DNA from: an uncultured Actinomycetes bacterium
Lineage (GTDB): Bacteria > Actinomycetota > Thermoleophilia > UBA2241
Assembly: GCA_963755025.1 (NCBI GenBank)
Contig: CAVWIH010000017.1
Span: 1 to 64,000, forward strand
Length of the DNA: 64,000 bases
Reading direction: 5' to 3'
Both the position numbers and the translations under genes were made by a program. Under the pieces are notes generated by a model. The model did no database searches. It was not told where the DNA came from and saw only the letters and a list, made by a program, of their open reading frames with translations. Of this stretch, positions 10,715-24,800 are shown piece after piece; the stretch's first letter is position 1, and every line of letters starts with the position of its first letter.

Positions 10715-10887
10715 ATGCCCTCCGTGAGAGCCTGCTGTTTAGCGAGTACACTCATCGGCGTACGATTCAAGTGTTTGCCGGGTCGATGACGCCGGTGGTG
10801 CCGGCGGATGACTGCACGGCTCGACTGCAGTCGGCGCGTCGCCACGACGGTCTTGCACGCCTCACACGCAGCACATAGGGTGCCCCA

Positions 10888-11601
10888 ATGTCGCCCGTCG
10901 TCACGATCCTGCAGCACGAAGCGCTCGCGCCCCCGGCGCTGGTCGGCCGGTTCCTGAGCGAGGCCGGGTTGCGGCTCGACGTGCGCCGCCTCGATCTTGG
11001 CGACCAGGTCCCGTCGGGGCTCTCCGGCAGCGACGCCCTGGTCGTCCTGGGCGGTGACATGAACGTCGGTGAAGAGGCCGACTACCCCTTTCTGCTGGCC
11101 GAGCGCGAACTGCTGAGCGAAGCCGTGAGCAGCGGCGTCCCGACGCTCGGCATCTGCCTCGGCGCGCAGCAACTCGCCACCGCCGCCGGCGGCGGCGTGA
11201 CGCGGCGCGCCGCGCTGGGGCTCGGCTGGCACGCGATCGCCGTGCAGCGCGACGACGCGCTGGTCGACAGCCTCGACCGGCAGACCCTCGTCTTTCAGTG
11301 GCGCCAGTACGCCTGCCGCCTGCCGGCAAACGCTGAGCTCATCGCCAGCGGCGAGGGCGACCCGCAGATCTTTCGCGTGGGCGCCGCCGCCTGGGGCGTG
11401 CAGTTCCACCCCGAGGTGACCCTCGAGGTCTTGACGAGCTGGATCGACGACGACCCGCGCAGCGTCGAGCGCGTTGCGCCCGGCGGTCGCGACGGCCTGC
11501 TCGCCGAGTGCCGGCGCCGGCTGCCGGCCTCGACGGCGCTCTGCGGAGCACTCGTGGCCGACTTTCTGGCGGCCTGCGGCCTTGCGCCCGCCGGGCGCTG
11601 A
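10888..11601 (+). CDS. Class I glutamine amidotransferase (GMP synthase-like)
   Basis: VLGG-x-M, LGICLGAQ (catalytic Cys), GVQFHPE (His-Glu). Confidence 0.92.
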   Translation: MSPVVTILQHEALAPPALVGRFLSEAGLRLDVRRLDLGDQVPSGLSGSDALVVLGGDMNVGEEADYPFLLAERELLSEAVSSGVPTLGICLGAQQLATAAGGGVTRRAALGLGWHAIAVQRDDALVDSLDRQTLVFQWRQYACRLPANAELIASGEGDPQIFRVGAAAWGVQFHPEVTLEVLTSWIDDDPRSVERVAPGGRDGLLAECRRRLPASTALCGALVADFLAACGLAPAGR

Positions 11602-12417
11602 TCGGCCCGCGCCCGGCCGTGGTTGTACAAACACGAACGTGAGATAGCCGCCTCCCTCGCGGCAAGCGGGGAGGCGGGCGAGTCGTCTGGAGGGAGACAC
11701 CGATGCCCGGAGCCAGTCGTACCGTGCGCAACCTGCTGTCGTTCGTCGTGCTGGGGCTGGCCGCCGCCCTCGTGTTCGCCGGCAGCGCGGGCGCCTCGAG
11801 CTCGAGCCCGGCGCCGAGCGGCACCGCGCCGAGCGGCGCCGCGACGAGCGGCACCGTGCTCAAGGTCGGCTGGGATACCGAGCCCGACAACCTGAACCCC
11901 TTCGTCGGCTACGAGCAATCCTCGTACGAGATCTTTCACCTCGAGTACGACTTCCTCACCGACTACGCGCCGTCTCACCTGCAGACCGAGCCGGGGCTCG
12001 CGACGAGCTGGACGCACTCGGCCGACGGCCTGACCTGGACCTTCACCATCCGCAGCGGCGTCAAGTGGCAGGACGGCGTGCCGCTCACCGCCCGCGACGT
12101 GGCCTTCACCTACAACTTCATGATGAAGTACAAGCTGCAGGCGTTCCTGGCCTCGCTGCAGGCCATCAAGACGGTGACCGCGCCCAACGACACCACCGTG
12201 GTGATCACCTGCTCGCAGCCCAAGGCCGACATCCTCTCGATGTGGGTGCCCATCCTGCCGCAGCACATCTGGGGCAGGTTCCACAGCTACAGCCAGGCCT
12301 ACAACTACGCCAACAAGCCGCCCATCATCGGCTCCGGCCCGTTCCAGGTGATTAAATGGGTGCACGGCCAGTATCTGGAGTGCACGGCCAACAAGGACTA
12401 CTGGGGCGGGGCCCCTA

Positions 12418-13772
12418 GCAGGCTGCTGAACAAGCGCGCCCTCCGGAGAGTGTCGTGCAGCCAGGAGCCGTGGCGAGACGGATGAGGTGGTTTCTGGAGC
12501 TGTCGAGCCCCGCAAGGCAGCCCCTTTGGGAGCCCTTCCGGGCCTCTGGCCCTACCTCAGAGCCGGCTCCGCCAGCAACCGCCGCAAGCGCACCAGGTTG
12601 TAGGCCGCGCAGGCGAAGGTGAAGATGGCCGAGACCCTGGCCGCGCCGCGGTGGCGCAGCTTGCGCAGGCCGCCGACCGTCTTCATCCAGCCGAAGGGCT
12701 CCTCGACGAGCTTGCGTCGACGCTGGCTTGTGGCGTAGCCGGCGTGGCGGGTGGTGCGGCCGTCGACGGCGCTGAAGCGGTCCTTGGCGGCCACGTGCGG
12801 GGTGATGTGCAGCTCGCGAGCCCGGGCGACGAAGCCGGCCGTGTCGTAGCCGCGGTCGGCGCCTACGCTCAGGCGAGCGCGGCCGGAGCGGCGCCGCTGA
12901 CGGGCGAGCAGCCGCAGGCCGGCCTCACGCTCGCAGCTGCCGGTGGCCGCAGTCAGCTCGCAGTCGACGATCAGGCCGTGGCGGTTCTCGGTGAGGCTGT
13001 GGCCGGCGTAGCAGAGACGCGCCTCCTTGCCGCGTCCCTTCTTGGCCAGGCGTGAGTCGGGGTCGGTCGTCGAGCGGTGCGTCTCGTTGCCGCGCTTCTC
13101 GCCGTGGAAGTCGACGCTGCGGTTGCGCCCGCCGCCGCCGGCCGGCGGCTCCCCATCTTCACCCTCCTCGCGGGGCCGCAGGCTCTTCAAGGAGGCGGCC
13201 GCCTCAAGGAGCGTGCCGTCCACGGAGAGGTGCTCGCGGGAGAGCAGCTTGCGCGAGGCGGCCTGGCAGCGCACGGCAGAGAAGAAGGCCTCGGCGACCT
13301 CCCTCGTGAGCAGGCGGTCGCGGTTCTTGGTGAAGGTCGTCGGATGCCAGACCGGCTCGTCGAAGGGCAGGCCCACGAACCAGCGCAGCAGGAGGTTATA
13401 GCGCAGCTGTTCGACCAGGCGGCGCTCGGAGGGGATGGCGTAGAGGATCTGGGCAAGCTGGGCGCGCAGCAGGTACTCGGGGGCGATCGAGGGGCGACCG
13501 CGCTCGGCGTAGAGAGTCTCGAGCTCGGGACTCATCTGCCCAAGGGCGACGTCGACCAGGGCGCGGATGGCGCGCAGGGGATGATCGTCGGGCACCACGT
13601 CCTCGAGCGTGGTCATGACGATGAACCCCGCCTGCCGCTCCTCGTCACCGCGCATCCTGAGCCCCTCCCCGTCGCCTGCCTGGCCGCACACTAGCAGGTT
13701 CGCGAGGCGGCGAGGGTCATCCTCCGGAAGGCTCTCGGAGAGCTTGAGGCGAGGCGATTTTCAGCAGCCTGC
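12418..13772 (-). mobile_element. IS5-family insertion sequence, 1355 bp
   Basis: 13-bp perfect terminal IRs GCAGGCTGCTGAA / TTCAGCAGCCTGC, flanking TA duplication (12416-17, 13773-74) in a CTAA target; excision restores GCC CCT AAG GTG in frame. Confidence 0.95.
12552..13655 (-). CDS. IS5-family DDE transposase
   Basis: MRG start, VPDDHPLR, GRPSIAPE, SERRL, FTKNRDRL, VDGT, TDPD, GADRGYD, VEEPFGW. Confidence 0.95.
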   Translation of the reverse strand: MRGDEERQAGFIVMTTLEDVVPDDHPLRAIRALVDVALGQMSPELETLYAERGRPSIAPEYLLRAQLAQILYAIPSERRLVEQLRYNLLLRWFVGLPFDEPVWHPTTFTKNRDRLLTREVAEAFFSAVRCQAASRKLLSREHLSVDGTLLEAAASLKSLRPREEGEDGEPPAGGGGRNRSVDFHGEKRGNETHRSTTDPDSRLAKKGRGKEARLCYAGHSLTENRHGLIVDCELTAATGSCEREAGLRLLARQRRRSGRARLSVGADRGYDTAGFVARARELHITPHVAAKDRFSAVDGRTTRHAGYATSQRRRKLVEEPFGWMKTVGGLRKLRHRGAARVSAIFTFACAAYNLVRLRRLLAEPALR

Positions 13773-14927
13773 TAAGGTGGACCACCTCATCTTCAGCCTC
13801 TACACCGATCAGACCACCATGACGAGCGACCTGAGCAACGGCATCATCCAGCTCGCCATCGACCTGCCGCCCGCCCAGATCCAGGGCCTGCGCTCGGCCA
13901 AGAACGTGAGCGTCCAGGCGTGCGCGCAGAAGGCCTTCGACTACCTCTCCTTCAACTGCTACACGGGAGCCTCGGGGGGCAACCCGGTGCTGCGCGACTG
14001 GAAGTTCCGCAACGCGCTGAACTGGGCGATCGACAAGCAGAAGCTCGTCAGCCTCGCCTACGACGGCAACGCCACGCCCGGTTCGTCGCTCTTCGAGCCT
14101 GACTTCTACGCTCCACGCTCGACTGGCACTGGACGCCGCCGGCGAGCGAGGCCTACACCTACAACCTCACGAAGGCCGGCGACATGCTCACCGCGGCGGG
14201 CTATCCCCTGGTGAACGGGGAGCGCCTGAACAAGCAGGGCAAGCCCATCGTCCTGCGTCTCTGGGCGCGCCAGGACTCGACGCAGAGCCAGGTGATGGGC
14301 AGGCTCGTCACCGGCTGGTTCTCGCAGCTCGGCCTCAAGATCCAGTACTCGGTCCACGACGACGCCACGCTCGAGAACGGCCAGTTGAACTACGTCGGCA
14401 AGACCTACAAGCCCGACTACGACATGTACATCTGGGAGTGGGAGCCGAGCGGTTCAGACCCGCAGCGCCGGCTGGGCTACTTCACCACCGACCAGATCCA
14501 GAACCAGAACGACGCCTGCTACTCCAACCCGCAGTACGACGCCCTCTTCAAGGCGCAGTCGACGACGCTCGACCAGCAGAAGCGCAAGCAGATCGTCTGG
14601 CAGATGGAGCAGATCGTCTACCAGCAGTCGCCCTACATCGTGCTCGACTACCCCAAGCTCCTCGAGGGCTGGAACACCGCCTCGTGGACCGGCTGGGAGC
14701 GCATCCCGCAGCCCGACGGCGCGGTCGCTTACCTGAGCGACAACGTCGACAACTACCGCATGGTCGGGCCCAAGGTCGCGACGGCGGCGTCGGGCGGCAT
14801 GTCGGCCGGCGCGATCGGCGCCATCGTGGCGGCGGTCGTGGTCGTCATCGGGGTCGCCCTGGTCACCGCGGTGGTCGTGCGCGGCCGGCGCCGCCGGATG
14901 GTCGAAGAGAGCTGAGGCGGTGTGGCC

Positions 14928-15841
14928 ATGAGGCAGGCGGGACCCATAGAGGTGCAGGTGTGGCGCGGGCCGGCGGTCGAGAGCCGGCACCTGGTGGCGG
15001 CCTCGGTGTCGAACGCCGCCGGGGTCGAGCTCGAGCGCTACGGCGATCCCGGCGTGGCCACCTACTGGCGCTCGGCGGCCAAGCCGTTCCAGGCCCTGCC
15101 CTGGGTGCGCGGCGGGGTCGTCGAACGGTTCGGCTGGGACGACCGCGCGGTCGCCATCATGTGCGCCTCGCACGTCGGTTCCGACGAGCACGCGCAGCTC
15201 GTGCGCGCGCTGCTCGCCGACCTCGACCTGACCGAGGCCGACCTGCAGTGCGACGAGGGCGCGCTGCGCGCCCGCCACAACTGCTCGGGCAACCACACCG
15301 GCTTTCTGGCCGGCTGCCGGCTGCACGGGTGGGACACCGCCACCTACCGGGCGGCCGACCACCCCGCCCAGCAGGCCGCCCTGGCGGCCACCGCCGAGGC
15401 CGCCGGCTGCGCCGTCGCCGACATGGCCCTCGGCGTCGACGGCTGCGGCATCGTCGTGTATGCGACGCCGGTCACTACTCTGGCCCACGCCTTCGCGCGA
15501 CTGCCGCAGCTCGAGCCGCGCATAGCGGCCGCCATGCGGGCCCACCCCGTGCTGATCAGGGCGCGGGCGAGCCCGACACGGTGATCATGCAGGGCTACCC
15601 GGGGGTGATCTCAAAAGCCGGCGCCGAAGGCGTCGGTTGCGCGTCGCTGCCCGACGGAAGCGGCCTCGCGGTGAAGGTGCTCGACGGCAACGACCGGGCC
15701 ACCACGCCGGCGCTGGGCGCGCTGCTCGCCCGCTGCCTGGGGTCCGACGAGGAGCCCACCGGGGTGGCGGCGGTCGTGCGTCCTGTGGTGCGCAACGACC
15801 ACGACGACGCGGTCGGCGAGATCGTCGCCGTCCTGCCGTGA
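14928..15841 (+). CDS. L-asparaginase II (rhizobial AnsA-type); frameshift in G-run ~15560
   Basis: RG-x-x-VESRH, RSAAKPFQA, CASH, HNCSGNH, DGCG, then SKAGAEG and AVKVLDG in the next frame. Confidence 0.88.
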
Positions 15842-15855
15842 GGCGACGCCGCGCG

Positions 15856-16105
15856 GGCAATCTACTCCGAGCCGCCGGCGCCCGACTATCCCGTCGATCT
15901 GGAGAGGGGCGCGCAGTGCGGCGATTTCTTCGATTGCCGCAAGCTGGCTGAGCGGCTCAAGCAAGCGGGTTACACCGGCAAGGTGAGACTTGTGGCGATG
16001 TTCCTTGAGGCCGGCGGTCCACTGACCCAGAACTCTGTGACCCTGCACATCGCCCCCGAGGACCGCGGCGACCCGTTCGTCTTCGACGTCGACCGCTGGC
16101 TGTGA
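15856..16105 (+). pseudogene. Start-less coding fragment of unknown family
   Basis: Open frame AIYSEPPAPDYPVDLERG..LKQAGYTGKVRLVAMF..FVFDVDRWL* with no start codon at its 5' end. Confidence 0.3.
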
Positions 16106-16378
16106 CGCGGGGGCGGTCTGACTGCCGCGGGCTTGCGCCGGCCTACCGGGTTCCCAAGCAGGCTCGAAGAGACTAAACTGACGCAGAACCCGCGGGCGGT
16201 CCAAGCTCGACCCGGCAGACAGATTCGCCCTGTGGCCCTTCTGCCTCTTCTGCGGCCCCAATCGCATGACCGCGCGTTCAACGGAACAACAGGAGCATCG
16301 CGCTCGAATATGAGGGTACAGTCACGCCCGAGGAAACGCTGTCCTGGGTGAGTGGTACCGAGCAAAGAAGGGGGACCC

Positions 16379-20001
<3,623 letters not shown>

Positions 20002-20005
<4 letters not shown>

Positions 20006-21039
20006 GCCGCTTGGCTACCATGTATCTCGGACTTGAGCTGCGTTCGCCGCTCGTGGCCTCCTCCAGCCCGCTGACGGGCAAGCTCGCCACGGCGCGCCGC
20101 CTCGAAGCGGCCGGCGCCTCGGCCATCGTGCTGCCGTCGCTCTTCGAAGAGGAGATCAACCAGGAAGACTCCGACCTGGTCTCCGCCCTCGAGCAGGGCT
20201 CCGAGGGCTTCGCCGAGGCGCTCAACTACTTCCCCGACGTCGGCAACTACCCGAACACCGCCGAGGACTACCTCACCTACGTGCGCTCGGCCAAAAAGAG
20301 CCTCGCCGTGCCCGTCATCGCCAGCCTGAACGCCTCGTCGAGCGGCGGCTGGATCCGCTACGCCAAGCTCATCGAAGAGGCCGGCGCCGACGCCCTCGAG
20401 CTCAACCTCTACTGGCTGGCGGCCGACCCCAAACGGTCGGCGGCCGACATCGAGACCGGCCAGCTCGAGATCGTCGCTCGCGTGGCCGAGAGCCTCTCCA
20501 TTCCGCTGTCGGTCAAGCTGGCGCCCTATTACTCGTCGCTTGCCAACTTCGCCGGCAAGGTCGCTGCGTCGGGCGTCGCCGGTCTCGTGCTGTTCAACCG
20601 CTTCTACCAGCCCGACCTCGACCCCGATTCGCGCGACGTCCTGCCCACGATCTCGCTGAGCGAGCCGTGGGAGCTGCGCCTGCCGCTGCGCTGGGCCGCC
20701 ATCCTGCGCGCCCAGCTCGACCGCGGCACCTCGCTGGCCATCACCAGTGGCGTGCACAGCGGCGCCGACGCGGCCAAGGCGCTGCTCGTGGGCGCCGACG
20801 TCGCCATGATGGCCTCGGCCGTGCTGCACCGCGGCCCCGAGCACGTCGCCTCTGTCGAGCGCGACCTGCTCGCCTGGATGGACGCCAACGACTACGACTC
20901 GGTGTCCGAGCTGCGCGGCAGCGTGAGCTACGCGGCCAGCGACGACCCCGCCGCGTTCGAGCGGGCCAACTACCTGCGCACGCTGCACTCCTGGACGACG
21001 CCGGCGGCCATGACGTCGGGTCCTCCCTCGGCGGGCTGA
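20002..21039 (+). CDS. Dihydroorotate dehydrogenase-like flavoprotein (PFOR-associated)
   Basis: YLGLELRSPLVASSSP, SLFEE, PVIASLN, GADALELN, VKLAPY, LFNRFYQPD, FERANY; ATGA overlap with the PFOR stop. Confidence 0.9.
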
Positions 21040-21127
21040 TCGCCTAAGCGACCGCGCCGCGCGGCGCCGATGCTCCAGTGTCGGCGGCGGCGCGCCGGGC
21101 CAGGGCGAAGGCGCGCGAGACCACCGC

Positions 21128-21180
21128 GAGGGCGGCGGGGCGCTCACACGACGTGTGAGCGCCCCGCCGCCCTCTTCTGT
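21128..21180 (+). terminator. Long GC hairpin after the PFOR operon
   Basis: 23-bp perfect arms GAGGGCGGCGGGGCGCTCACACG-A-CGTGTGAGCGCCCCGCCGCCCTC followed by TTCTGT. Confidence 0.7.
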
Positions 21181-21379
21181 GCCCGGCCGTGCCCCGATGG
21201 TCGCCGGCCGGCTCAGGCGGGGTCGGGTCGGCGCCGGCGGCCGACTCAGGCGCCGCCGGCCGACCCGTGAGCTCCTCCTCGGGGCCGCCATAAAAGTCCT
21301 GCAAAATAATGGTTTATAGAATCGCATGAAGGCGCAACCTCCGTGGCATTTGCAAACACCGATGTCACGTGAGGATGAC

Positions 21380-22903
21380 ATGGCAACTCCAAACCCAGTT
21401 GCGCCCCTGGAGCGCAACGCGATCGGTCTGCTGGACACCACGTTCCAGTCCATGACGTCGATGGCTCCCGGCGCCGCGATAGCGGCGTCGATCCCTCTCG
21501 GCGCGGCCTTTGCCGCCGGCGCGTTGCCGCTCTCGGTCGCGATCGCCTTCATCGGCATCCTGTTCACCGCCTGGAGCATCGGTCAGCTCGCCAAGCACGT
21601 GCCCGCGGCAGGCTCGGTGGCCACGTACAGCGCCGCCGGTCTCGCTCCCTGGGTCGGCTTCATGGTGGGCTGGGGTTACACCGCGCTCCAGATCCTGGTC
21701 ATGCCGCTCGTCATGCTGCAGCTCGGCTACACGGTGGCCGGCGAGTGGCACGCCGAGCAGTCTTCGTTCCCGACGAGCCTTTGGTGGGTCTTCACGACCG
21801 CCGGCATCGTGCTCGTCTGCTACCTGGTGTATCGCGGTGTGCGCACCTCGACCCGGGTAGGCGTGTGGCTTGGCGGCGTCGAGATCGTCATCTTCCTCGG
21901 GCTTGCCATCGCTCTCGTCGTCAAGGCCGGCAGCGCCAACACCCTGTCGGTCTTCACCACCCACTACGCGAACGCCAAGGGCTATACAGGCATGACCGGT
22001 GTGGTCGCGGGGGCCGTAGGCGCGCTGCTGGCTTTCGCCGGCTTCGAGTCGGCGGCGGCGCTGGCGGAAGAGGCTAAGCAGCCGCGGCGCAACGTGCCGC
22101 GCGCGGTGATGCTCGCCACCGTCCTCATCGGCGCCCTGTTCCTGTTCACGACCTACGCGGCCACCGTGGCCTACGGTCCGTCGCACGCCGCCGGCTTCGC
22201 CGCGTCGGCGAACGGCGTGCCGTGGGAGGGCCTGGCGCGCACCATCGCCAACGTGCTCTGGGTGTTCGTGCTGTTCGCGATCATCAACTCCACGCTGGCC
22301 TGCGCCAACGCCAACACCAACGTGTTCACGCGCACGGCGTACTCGCTGGGCCGTATCGGGGTGTTCCCGCGGCAGTTCGCCGACCTGCACCCGCGCTTTC
22401 GCTCGCCTCGAGTGGGCGTGGTGGTCGAACTGCTCATCGGCCTGGCCGTGGCGCTCGCCCTGGGCTTTCACTACACGCCGGAGGTTGCCTTCGGCGTGGT
22501 CGGCACGGCGATCGTCGTGGTGATCGTGCCGGTCTACATCATCGCCAACATCGCCTGCATCGGGTACTACGCGCGGCATCGGCGCGAAGGGCGCAGCTGG
22601 GTGTCGCACGCCATCGTGCCCGTGATCGGCGCGCTGCTGCTGCTGCCCGGCTTCATGAGCGCCGCCGGCATCACCGGCGTGCCCGGGCTGTCGTTCATCT
22701 CGGCCCTCACGCCGCCGTACTCCTACGCGCCGTACGCGATGGCGGGCTGGATCGCGGTGGGCGTCGTCGTGCTGCTCGTGCTGCGGGTGCGCAACCCCGC
22801 CGCGATCGGCCGCGTGGCGCACATCCATCTCGAAGACGAGAACCTGCCGCCCATGGTCAAAGGGGCGCCGGAGGCAGCCGAAGGCGAGGGCGAAGCGGCG
22901 TAG
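21380..22903 (+). CDS. APC-family amino acid/amine permease
   Basis: About 12 TM helices, SMAPG, PAAGS, FAGFESAA-x-LAEE, LHPRFRSP. Confidence 0.92.
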   Translation: MATPNPVAPLERNAIGLLDTTFQSMTSMAPGAAIAASIPLGAAFAAGALPLSVAIAFIGILFTAWSIGQLAKHVPAAGSVATYSAAGLAPWVGFMVGWGYTALQILVMPLVMLQLGYTVAGEWHAEQSSFPTSLWWVFTTAGIVLVCYLVYRGVRTSTRVGVWLGGVEIVIFLGLAIALVVKAGSANTLSVFTTHYANAKGYTGMTGVVAGAVGALLAFAGFESAAALAEEAKQPRRNVPRAVMLATVLIGALFLFTTYAATVAYGPSHAAGFAASANGVPWEGLARTIANVLWVFVLFAIINSTLACANANTNVFTRTAYSLGRIGVFPRQFADLHPRFRSPRVGVVVELLIGLAVALALGFHYTPEVAFGVVGTAIVVVIVPVYIIANIACIGYYARHRREGRSWVSHAIVPVIGALLLLPGFMSAAGITGVPGLSFISALTPPYSYAPYAMAGWIAVGVVVLLVLRVRNPAAIGRVAHIHLEDENLPPMVKGAPEAAEGEGEAA

Positions 22904-22942
22904 GGGCAAGGTCGCGGGCAGCCCACGCTCTCGCAGGCAAAA

Positions 22943-22986
22943 GCGGCGGGCCGCTCACTTTGGTGAGCGGCCCGCCGCGTTACGTT
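22943..22986 (+). terminator. Intrinsic terminator (probably bidirectional)
   Basis: 16-bp stem GCGGCGGGCCGCTCAC-TTTG-GTGAGCGGCCCGCCGC, AAAA before and GTTACGTT after, between convergent genes. Confidence 0.75.
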
Positions 22987-23042
22987 CTGTATACACCAGC
23001 CTGCGCGTCGGACGGCGCGGCGGCTTGGCCCGTCGGAGGGCC

Positions 23043-23219
23043 CTAGACTCGCGGAGCGCGCGCCCAGCGGCTGCGACGGGCGTCTTCGAGGACCTTCATG
23101 TAACTGCCGAGGGGGTCGTGGTCTTCGAGCGGCGCCGAGTGCATCATGTCGGGCCGGGGAGAACTGCCCCGGGTGCGGCGGCTTAGGGTCTCGCTGACGA
23201 ACTGCAACAGTCTGCTCAT
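23043..23219 (-). CDS. Small hypothetical protein (58 aa)
   Basis: AAGGAG RBS upstream, TACAAT -10 near 23296-23301, shared terminator downstream. Confidence 0.55.
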   Translation of the reverse strand: MSRLLQFVSETLSRRTRGSSPRPDMMHSAPLEDHDPLGSYMKVLEDARRSRWARAPRV

Positions 23220-23359
23220 GATGGTCGCGGTCTCCTTGCTCCCGGCCTTCTCGGTCCGGTGCGTCTCGGTGCCTTGGTAAAGCTCTTCTGACTCATTGTA
23301 TCGGCAGTCTCTCCAGAAATCAGGACCTTTTGGCTCGTCCTTCTGCGCCAAGCGCCGCG

Positions 23360-23432
23360 CGCCGTTTGGACAGGGCGGACGAATCGGCGTGGCGCACGCC
23401 GTTTGGACGGGCGGACGAATCGGCGTCGCGCA
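23360..23432. repeat. Two tandem 36-37 bp units between divergent genes
   Basis: CGCCGTTTGGAC(A)GGGCGGACGAATCGGCGT(G/C)GCGCA x2. Confidence 0.85.
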
Positions 23433-23603
23433 CACCGGCCGGCCACAGCCGCACGTCGCGTGCCACGACCCCGAGTCAGGCTCGTCTGCGGCGACCACGC
23501 GCGACGGCCCTCGCCGCGAACGGGGGCCGAGGCGGGGAACGGCGCTACGCTGGCGAAATAGACCTATCGATACTGTCAGAGCCGGTTCGAAAGCGAGGTC
23601 ACC

Positions 23604-24794
23604 ATGGTCACGCGCATCGTGAGGCCCGTCCTGCTGGTCGCGGCGTGCCTGGCGCTGCTGATGGCCGCTGCGGCGTGCGGCTCGACGTCGCCGAGCTCAG
23701 GGGCGAGCACGGCGCCGAGCCCGCCGCCCACAGCGAGCGCTCCCGCCACACCCAGCCCTGCGGCGTCGCCGACGGCGCCGCCCCTGGCCGCGGCGCCGGC
23801 GGGCTTCAAGGCGGCCTCGGTCACCTTTGTCTCGACGAGCGAGGCCTTTGTGCTGGGCACAGCGCACGGCGCCGGCACCGTCATGCTGCGCACGAACGAC
23901 CGCGGTCAAAGCTGGGTCAGGCTGGCCGCGCCGAGCGCACCCCTGGGGCGTGCTCTCGGCAGCGGCACGCACGCGGTCTGGGGGGTGCGCTTCGCCACGC
24001 CGTCGCACGGCTTCGTGTTCGGCCACGGGCTCTGGGAGACGACCGACGGCGGAGGGCACTGGGCTCTCGACGCGTCGCCGACCGGCACGATCCTCTCGCT
24101 GGCGGCGATCGACGGTCAGGTGCTCGCTCTCGTGCAGGGCGCCACCTCGAGCGCTCCCGCCACGCTGCTGCGCCGGGCGCTCGCCGGCGGCTCGTGGACG
24201 GCGGTGACCACGGTGCACACCGCCGACCTGAGCGACTCCAACGACCTGATCGCCACCCAGGCGGGCACGGCCGCCGTGCTCGACGCCACGAGCGTCGTCG
24301 TGACCACCAACGGCGGGCTCACCATCATGCGGCGCGCGACGCCCGCGCTGCCGGCCGACTTCTCGCCGGCGTCGCTGACCACGACCGGCGGCCACGGCCT
24401 GGCGTTGCTGACCGTGGGGCAGGGGTTCACGGGCCACACCATCAAGCGCGTCTACGTGAGCAGTGACGGCGGCGCCGCCTGGCAAAAGGCGGGCGCGCCG
24501 AGCACCGAGGGTGACGGCGGCGCGCTGGCTGCCGGCAGCGCGAGCGACCTGCTGCTCGCCACGGCGAGCGCCGCGAGCTGGATAGACCGCTCGACTGACG
24601 CAGGCGCCACCTGGGCGACGCGCCTCACCTACGGCGACGGCGGCCTGGGCTGGGCCGACCTGGGGTTCACCAGCGTCACGAACGCGGTGGTCGTGCACGG
24701 TCCCGCCGACACGCCCGGCGGCGGCGACGGCCGTCCGGGCCAGCTGCTGCTGAGCTCCGACGGCGGTGCGACCTGGCGGGCGGTGACCTTCTAA
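23604..24794 (+). CDS. Lipoprotein with BNR/Asp-box (YCF48-like) beta-propeller repeats
   Basis: AAAC lipobox, Pro/Ser/Ala linker, repeated (S/T)-x-DGG-x-x-W motifs. Confidence 0.85.
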   Translation: MVTRIVRPVLLVAACLALLMAAAACGSTSPSSGASTAPSPPPTASAPATPSPAASPTAPPLAAAPAGFKAASVTFVSTSEAFVLGTAHGAGTVMLRTNDRGQSWVRLAAPSAPLGRALGSGTHAVWGVRFATPSHGFVFGHGLWETTDGGGHWALDASPTGTILSLAAIDGQVLALVQGATSSAPATLLRRALAGGSWTAVTTVHTADLSDSNDLIATQAGTAAVLDATSVVVTTNGGLTIMRRATPALPADFSPASLTTTGGHGLALLTVGQGFTGHTIKRVYVSSDGGAAWQKAGAPSTEGDGGALAAGSASDLLLATASAASWIDRSTDAGATWATRLTYGDGGLGWADLGFTSVTNAVVVHGPADTPGGGDGRPGQLLLSSDGGATWRAVTF

Positions 24795-24800
24795 GCCCGG

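Larger units (their letters stand above)
11703..14915 (+). pseudogene. ABC peptide/nickel-type substrate-binding protein (family 5) with C-terminal TM anchor, interrupted by IS5; extra frameshift ~14115
   Basis: DNLNPF, PGLATSW..DGLTWTFTIRSGVKWQDG, IGSGPF, NKDYWGGAP|KVD across the IS junction, FRNALNWAIDK; C-terminal TM + RRRRR. Confidence 0.9.

Noticed and set aside
23360-23432. Mini CRISPR array (36-37 bp repeats)
   Set aside because: Units are directly adjacent with no spacer, there are only two, and no cas genes are present
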